Assembly (NCBI GenBank): GCA_963718615.1
Contig: OY970368.1
Location: forward strand, 4,896,001-4,960,000
DNA from: an uncultured cyanobacterium
GTDB lineage: Bacteria > Cyanobacteriota > Cyanobacteriia > PCC-9006 > JAAUQQ01
DNA: 64,000 nucleotides
Direction: 5' to 3'
Below, in pieces: positions 58,603 through 64,000 of this stretch (the stretch's first letter is position 1; every line of letters starts with the position of its first letter). Under the pieces are notes generated by a model that made no database searches, was not told the DNA's origin, and saw only the letters and a program-made list of their open reading frames with translations. The position numbers and the translations under genes were made by a program.

Positions 58603-59988
58603 TTAAGGTAGGGGGACAAAGCTGTAGCCACCGGGGCCATTGCCCGGTTCGACATCAACCAACTGGATAGTGGCATTGCGATCGCCCGAAGGCAAAAATC
58701 GAATCGTTCCCGAAGCCCCATTGGTCTGAAAGTTGGGATCAGCCAACGCTTTTTGTACCCCTTCCCGGCTCGGGGAAATCCTTGCGGCGGCGGCGATCGC
58801 CTCCACGGCGTCATAGCTCAGCGCCGTCCGCCAATTGACCGGAGCCCCCCAAAGCTGATTAGACCGTTGGGGAAAACTCGCATCCGGTGAAGCATCAATA
58901 TGCCAAGGAATTGCAACCACTAAGCCCTGAGCCGGAGCCCCTCCCACCTCCAAGGTAGTCGGACTATACACATCATCTCCCCCCAGCATAGGCAACTCAT
59001 TCTTGTTCACGGCTACGACCTGTAGAGCCTGGTTGAGTGTCCCAGAATTAGGTAGCAAAACCACCACATCAGCCCCTTGCTGACGAGCCGTTTGTAAGCT
59101 TTGACTAGCGCTAAAACCACCCTGGGACAAATCGGTTTCGCTCACAACCTGGCCACCCCCGAGGGAGAAGGCGGTGGTAAATTCCCCCTTGAGCGACTGG
59201 CTATAGGGGCTTTGAGGATTGAAATAAACAGCCGCCTTTTTGCGTTGGATCTTATTGAGTGAATATTCTGCCAAGGCACGGGCAGCAATGTAATCACTAG
59301 GAACTGTACGAAAGAAATAGGGACTTTTGTTGCTCAGTTCTACAGACGTGCTCACCGGTGAAATCGCAGCTAGTTTGCCATTTTTGTAGACCTCTGAAGT
59401 GGCAAGGGAGACGCCGCTAGAATAGGGGCCTACTACAGCAACAATGGATTGATTTTTGCTAAACTCTTGGGCTACTTTTTCAGCCGTAGGCCCATTATTT
59501 TGATCATCGGCCAGCCAAACAAACAGCTTTTGACCATTGATTCCCCCAGCGCGATTAATTTCATCCTGAGCTTGGGCAATGCCCCGCATCATTTCCAACG
59601 CAGCATTTTGATCCGTCGCCACCGGTAGGGAAGCCCCAATCTCGATGGAAGCACCTCCCGCTGCCAGGGCATTGTTCTTAAAAATCAGGGTTTCTGGGTC
59701 ATTGCGCTGTTGCTGCAGAGAAGCCTCAAACTGCTGCGCCGCTTCCGCATAATTGCCCCGACCATAGGCATCCATTCCAGCCTGCTTTTGATTCGTTGCA
59801 GGGGTAGAAATCAAGCTTTTGCTACCCTTGCTAAGGCCTGGATCTGACGATCGACCTGAAACCGATGGTCCACTTACATCCCCCGGCCAGAACTGATGGA
59901 TGACCCACCAAGCGCCTCCCCCTAACAATCCCAGCGTGACCAGCAAGGCCAAAATCAAAGCAGGGGTATCATTCTTTTGTTTTGCCAT
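58603..59988 (-). CDS. Membrane-anchored branched-chain-amino-acid-type substrate-binding protein with TPR
   Basis: N-terminal TM, TPR with NDPETLIFKNNA, then INRAGGING, VVGPYSS, FFRTVPSD, SYDAV. Confidence 0.85.
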   Translation of the reverse strand: MAKQKNDTPALILALLVTLGLLGGGAWWVIHQFWPGDVSGPSVSGRSSDPGLSKGSKSLISTPATNQKQAGMDAYGRGNYAEAAQQFEASLQQQRNDPETLIFKNNALAAGGASIEIGASLPVATDQNAALEMMRGIAQAQDEINRAGGINGQKLFVWLADDQNNGPTAEKVAQEFSKNQSIVAVVGPYSSGVSLATSEVYKNGKLAAISPVSTSVELSNKSPYFFRTVPSDYIAARALAEYSLNKIQRKKAAVYFNPQSPYSQSLKGEFTTAFSLGGGQVVSETDLSQGGFSASQSLQTARQQGADVVVLLPNSGTLNQALQVVAVNKNELPMLGGDDVYSPTTLEVGGAPAQGLVVAIPWHIDASPDASFPQRSNQLWGAPVNWRTALSYDAVEAIAAAARISPSREGVQKALADPNFQTNGASGTIRFLPSGDRNATIQLVDVEPGNGPGGYSFVPLP

Positions 59989-60139
59989 GGCAGTCTCCCA
60001 AACGACCTCAGGTGATGAGCAAAGCGGACTCGATACAGAAAGTCTAGGCGAAAGCTGATGTTCGCAATTCTATAAGGGTTCATCTGCGATTTTGCCGGAG
60101 TTTATTGAGAAAACCCCAATTTGTTTGGGAATCGCAACG

Positions 60140-60171
60140 ATTACCCCATTACCCCATTACCCCATCACCCC
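60140..60171. repeat. Short tandem repeat (ATTACCCC) x4
   Basis: ATTACCCC x3 + ATCACCCC; STRR-like. Confidence 0.8.
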
Positions 60172-60177
60172 CTTTCC

Positions 60178-61035
60178 CTATTCCCTTTCCCCTTCTTCCA
60201 CCCGAATCCTCAACTCGTACTCCATCTCCGACGTCACCCCACTTCCCTGAAACCCTCCCTGCACCGGAGCCGCCGAGGCCGGATAGGGCGTTGCCACCAA
60301 TGCCACATGGTCATCGGCCACCGCCAAACCATGGGTTGGGTCAAAGCCACGCCAGCCCGCCCCCGGTAAATAGACCTCCACCCAGGCATGCAAATACCGC
60401 TGCTCAAACTCCGGGTCTCCCTTCTGATAACCACTGACAAATCGCACCGCTAATCCCACCGTGCGGCACACCTCCATAAACAAAACCGCCACATCTCGAC
60501 AGGACCCTGATCGCTTCCGCCAAGTCACCCCCGCTGGCCAAGGCGAACCCATTTCTCGCATCTGGTAGCTACATTCTTGATAAAGCAATTGATTGAGCTT
60601 CGTGAGGAAAGTCACGACATTACCCTGGGCCTCAACGGACAAATCTTCTGCGATCTGCACCGCTTCAGCCGCCAAGGGATTGTCCTTGAGATAGGGCTGG
60701 AGCTGACCTTGTAGTGAGGCGGGGTAGTCTACGGGAAACTCGGTAGCCCAGAGTTCTAGCAAAAAGTCAAAGGGATTGTTACGCAGCGTTTCGACCCTAG
60801 AGGTTGCGGTGAGGATCAGTTGGTCTGTCGGGCCTTGAAAACTCAGCCGAGTTAAATTGTTACCATCCAAATCTAGACAGTCTGTACGCTGACTGGGTTC
60901 GGGAGCAACCTGTAGGGCAAACTCTACCAGCCGTTGCGTCAGGTCACAGCGGGGCCGGAGCCGCACCCAGTGGGGGGTGAGCTGCACCGGCTGGCTGTAG
61001 CGGTAGGTGAGGCTGTGTTGGATCGAGAAGCGCAT
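60178..61035 (-). CDS. Transglutaminase-like protein with bacterial N-terminal domain
   Basis: IQHSLTYRYSQPV..RLRPR N-domain; Cys-His-Asp triad in GSCRD, HAWVEVY and FDPT. Confidence 0.93.
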   Translation of the reverse strand: MRFSIQHSLTYRYSQPVQLTPHWVRLRPRCDLTQRLVEFALQVAPEPSQRTDCLDLDGNNLTRLSFQGPTDQLILTATSRVETLRNNPFDFLLELWATEFPVDYPASLQGQLQPYLKDNPLAAEAVQIAEDLSVEAQGNVVTFLTKLNQLLYQECSYQMREMGSPWPAGVTWRKRSGSCRDVAVLFMEVCRTVGLAVRFVSGYQKGDPEFEQRYLHAWVEVYLPGAGWRGFDPTHGLAVADDHVALVATPYPASAAPVQGGFQGSGVTSEMEYELRIRVEEGERE

Positions 61036-61106
61036 GGCAATGAACCGCTTGAGCGGAGTCTGAGGAACGACGCTAAGGTCGAAGCGTTCTGAGCGATAAG
61101 TCTGTT

Positions 61107-62066
61107 CTACACCGGCTCTAGGGCAAAAAATGTATCGAACATATGGTTGCCAACCTCGTTGACGCCGAGCTGTACCTCGTTGAGGAATTCGTGGAGCCCC
61201 TGTTCAATAATCTCGTCGATGGTGACATAGTCCAGCTCTGAGCAGAGTTTACCGAGAGCACGCTCTGCCGGGTTGCTCCAGGAGCGATTGGGGGTATCGG
61301 TGATGCGGTACAGACATTGCTGAGCCCGAATCAGACAGCTACGAATGGCGCGGGGAAATTCCCCATCCAAAATCAAGAACTGGGCGACGCCGCTGGGCCG
61401 GATGCGGTGATCGCCTTGACCTTTACGATACATTTCGTAGGCACTGGCGGATTTGAGCAGCGCCATCCACTGGATTTCGTCGATCGCGGTCCCCACGTCT
61501 TCCACGGAAGGTAGCAAAATAAAATACTTCACATCCAAAATCCGCGAGGTTTTGTCGGCCCGCTCTAGCAGCCGTCCCACCTGACCAAAGTGCCAGCCCT
61601 CGCCATGGCTCATGGTGCTGTCCATAATTCCCGCAAACAGATGGCTGGCGAGCTTCACCTCATTAAAAAAGTCCGAAGACTCCATCAACGACTCTAGGGG
61701 CTGCTTCGAGGCATCCCGCACCATCATGTAGAAATCATTCACCTGCTCCCACATTTCCGAGGAGATGATCTCCCGAACCGATCGCGCATTTTCCCGCGCC
61801 CGCTGCAAACAGGACAAAATCGAGTTGCCATAGTCGGGATCGAACGTCAGAAACTTTAGCGCCGTTTCTGTATCGAACTCCCCATAGCGCTCTTGAAACA
61901 GCTCCATATCCCCTGTGGTTCGAAGAATGGGCTGCCATTGCTGGGTAAAGCCGGGGGGCGAGTCGAGCAGCAGATTGACGTTGACATCAATGAAGCGGGC
62001 AACGTTCTCGGCCCGTTCAACGTAGCGGTTGAGCCAGTAGATGGAATCGGCAACGCGGCTGAGCAT
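61107..62066 (-). CDS. Alpha-E domain protein (DUF403)
   Basis: Duplicated ER motifs MLSRVADSIYWLNRYVERAENVAR and GRLLERADKTSRILDVKY; FPRAI. Confidence 0.93.
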   Translation of the reverse strand: MLSRVADSIYWLNRYVERAENVARFIDVNVNLLLDSPPGFTQQWQPILRTTGDMELFQERYGEFDTETALKFLTFDPDYGNSILSCLQRARENARSVREIISSEMWEQVNDFYMMVRDASKQPLESLMESSDFFNEVKLASHLFAGIMDSTMSHGEGWHFGQVGRLLERADKTSRILDVKYFILLPSVEDVGTAIDEIQWMALLKSASAYEMYRKGQGDHRIRPSGVAQFLILDGEFPRAIRSCLIRAQQCLYRITDTPNRSWSNPAERALGKLCSELDYVTIDEIIEQGLHEFLNEVQLGVNEVGNHMFDTFFALEPV

Positions 62067-62175
62067 GGCGGTATGGGTGCAGAAAATGGCAAGCGGTCAG
62101 TCTAGGCTGGCTTTAGCTTACAGAATTTCTTCCAGAATTTCTTCCAGAACTTCGGGTCTTGGGTGCAGAGAGGGG

Positions 62176-62400
62176 GCGATCGCTCCAACCCCCTTGCCCT
62201 CAGACGTCGTGCAACGGCTTATCGAAGATGGCAGAATCACTATGCCAAAGTTATGGAGGGATTACAGAGAGCTTTGAATGTGCAGAGATTAATACACAAC
62301 TGGGTCAGACCTCATGGTCGCTTTACTCAGAAGAAGACCACCCCTGCCATGGCTATGGGATTGATCGATAGGCCGCTGGCGATCGCAGAGATCCTTACCC
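62176..62400 (+). pseudogene. C-terminal fragment of an IS1-like transposase
   Basis: ALRRRATAYRRWQNHYAK..GLQRAL.VQRLIHNWVRPH..TTPAMAMGL..RPL; no N-terminal or DDE part, no IS ends seen. Confidence 0.7.
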
Positions 62401-62518
62401 CAATGGCAGCGGCAGCCTTTATTCAGCAGCCCTATGCCCCAGAGGCGGTGCTTTTGCGGAGGTGGGATGATTTAGCCAAGGAGCCCCAGGCCCCAACCCC
62501 AGTCCTTGAGCATTTCAT
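62401..62518 (+). pseudogene. 3' fragment of a PhnZ-like HD-domain oxygenase, interrupted at 62518/62953
   Basis: AAAFIQQPYAPEAVLLRRWDDLAK..PTPVLEHF; the frame continues IPILQTCL once 62519-62952 is removed. Confidence 0.6.
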
Positions 62519-62952
62519 CTAATCCTCCGAGAGACCCCTGGCTTTAGCCATGGGGAGGGATAGGAGCGCGACCGTGAGGGAGCAATTTGTGTTTCGCCCC
62601 AGAAGCTAAGACCTAAATCTACAAAATTTTTATGGAGCATAGCTTTCAACTATTCTAGAGTGGGTATGGAAAGCAAAAACCAAGCTTTCCCTTGCACCTT
62701 GAAAACTGAAGTTATGGGGTTCTGGTCAGGAATGCTTGGCCAGGTAAAAACTTCAAGCAACGAGTAGATGTCTTAGAGACACCGTACCGTGGGGCTCACG
62801 GAATCGGACCTCTGCAAAGGGGTGAAAGCCTGTGGACTTGAGTAAGACGGGAACATAGCAACGTTTGTTGTGGTGTACGCATCGTGAATGAAACAGGAAA
62901 TCTTTGGAGCGATCCGGAGAATCCCCCGGTTTCAACCGTGGGGAGTAGTCAA
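62519..62952 (+). mobile_element. Non-autonomous IS200/IS605-family element (434 bp, PATE-like) with probable omegaRNA scaffold
   Basis: Left end: target TCAT (62515-62518), guide GAGA, hairpin CCCCTGGCTTTAGCCATGGGG. Right end: guide GAAT, hairpin CCCCCGGTTTCAACCGTGGGG, terminal TCAA. No tnpA or tnpB ORF, no target duplication. Confidence 0.88.
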
Positions 62953-62967
62953 TCCCATTCTCCAAAC

Positions 62968-63444
62968 ATGTCTGCAAACCCCTCAGCCTCGCTCGATGCC
63001 GAAGCGCTAACGCTACGCCCTGCCACCCCAGACGATTTGCCCCTGTTGATCGAGCTTTATGCGGCCATGGATGGCGAAGCGCCCTTGGCCCTAGGAGCGG
63101 TTGAAGCAGTTTTTCAGCAAATTCAGGCCATTCCCCACGCTCAAATTTATCTGGCTGCTTTGGGTCCAGACGTGGTGGGAACGTTCACGTTGTTACTGGC
63201 CCCGACCATGATGCACCGGGGAATTCATCGGTTTGCCTTGCTGGATGCGGTGACGGTTTTACCGCAGTTTCGCGGTCAAGGGATGGGCAAGGCGATGGTT
63301 GTAGCCGCACTCCATTTGGCCCAGGAGGCGGGTTGTTATAAGTTGATGTTGTCGTCGAATTTGCAACGCGATCGCGCCCACGCGTTCTACCGTTCCCTTG
63401 GCTTTGAACAGCACGGTTGGAGTTTTAGTCTAACAATATTCTAA
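62968..63444 (+). CDS. GNAT family N-acetyltransferase
   Basis: LRPATPDDLP, acetyl-CoA motif V.PQFRGQGMG, GCYKLMLSSN..R..AHAFYRSLGF; ATG 62968 (the ORF-track start lies inside the mobile element). Confidence 0.9.
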   Translation: MSANPSASLDAEALTLRPATPDDLPLLIELYAAMDGEAPLALGAVEAVFQQIQAIPHAQIYLAALGPDVVGTFTLLLAPTMMHRGIHRFALLDAVTVLPQFRGQGMGKAMVVAALHLAQEAGCYKLMLSSNLQRDRAHAFYRSLGFEQHGWSFSLTIF

Positions 63445-63473
63445 ACGGGCCAGGGATTCTAAATGGGCCGGGA
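63438..63473. repeat. 18-bp tandem duplication
   Basis: ATTCTAAACGGGCCAGGG / ATTCTAAATGGGCCGGGA overlapping the GNAT stop. Confidence 0.6.
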
Positions 63474-63736
63474 ACAGTAAACGTTTTCAGTCCAAACGGA
63501 TGTCTGAATCGTCCCTACCCTTTTGCTTGACGCAGATTGTTCTAAGCCTCACCCAGAGAAGGTTTGGCCCAATTCAGCAAGCAGTTTATGCCGAAAACCT
63601 GAGCATCCGCGTCTCCCGATGGGTACTTTAGATACAGTATCGTTTTCCAACCTTGATCACAAACTTCTGAACCGCAAACCTCTGACCGCAAACTTCCTTA
63701 GCCACATCTATCCTAAGCAATCCCCAGGGTGGCATC

Positions 63737-64000
63737 ATGACAGCTTTGGTGCAGCTTCCAGACCATTCAAACTCCAACTCATCCCCCATTGTCCAAGCCG
63801 TAGTGCGGCAAATCCAGCGGGCTGCCAGTGATCAAATCACAGGGAGCCTCAACTTTGATACGGTGCATGTGCCGCGCATGCGACTTTTTTTTGTCATGGG
63901 ACGGTTAATTTGGGCCGGGGGTGGCGTTCATCGTTTGCGTCGCTGGAATCGCCTGCTCAAAACCTTTTGTCCGGAGGCGATCGCCCACATCACCGCCCTT
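63737..64000 (+). CDS. PatA-family response regulator, N-terminal PATAN domain (partial, runs off the window)
   Basis: Not in the ORF track; ATG 63737 is open to the window end and reads ..ITGSLNF..MRLFFVMGRLIWAGGGVHRLRRWNRLLKTFCP, a PATAN-like signature. Confidence 0.8.
   Translation, partial: MTALVQLPDHSNSNSSPIVQAVVRQIQRAASDQITGSLNFDTVHVPRMRLFFVMGRLIWAGGGVHRLRRWNRLLKTFCPEAIAHITAL

Noticed and set aside
62519-62952. The 434-bp element as an IStron (group I intron) or a MITE with terminal inverted repeats; ORF 62753-62977 as a gene
   Set aside because: No group I core or terminal G recognised and no TIR or target duplication; the ends fit HUH-type IS200/IS605 chemistry; the ORF is antisense to the right end and has no motifs
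1-64000. Dense GCGATCGC octamers as a novel repeat system
   Set aside because: This is the known cyanobacterial HIP1 sequence; used here only as a marker of native versus acquired DNA

Overview
This is a 64-kb chromosomal window from a cyanobacterium, judged by ndhH, glpX, OCP-family genes, a cyanobacterial-type tmRNA tag and dense HIP1 GCGATCGC octamers. Most of it is housekeeping: ndhH, glpX-hemA, lysC, holA, prfB with its +1 frameshift followed by ybeY-dgkA-trpG, gnd, hisC, recF and speD. There are three RNA genes: tmRNA, tRNA-Arg(CCG) and a probable 6S RNA. The accessory pieces are: (i) an AT-rich island (~700-3850) with a TcmP-like/DUF5131 gene pair, whose first gene is split by an intact 859-bp IS1 with an 8-bp target duplication; (ii) a nine-gene cluster for lipid-linked amino-sugar glycan modification (7.8-16.5 kb); (iii) a CHAT protease-DUF928-CHASE2/GGDEF signalling module; (iv) a split orange-carotenoid-protein locus (HCP, CTDH, CrtW); (v) alpha-E and transglutaminase genes without their usual ATP-grasp partner; (vi) a scrambled region at 62.1-63.0 kb, where a transposase fragment is fused to a phnZ-like 3' end. 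That 3' end is interrupted by a 434-bp IS200/IS605-type element with no transposase or nuclease gene, intact ends and a probable TnpB omegaRNA scaffold. The best candidates for undescribed biology are that element, a highly structured leader upstream of speD, the CHAT-DUF928-CHASE2 module and the TcmP/DUF5131 pair. All family calls come from motif recognition by eye; no database search or folding program was run.
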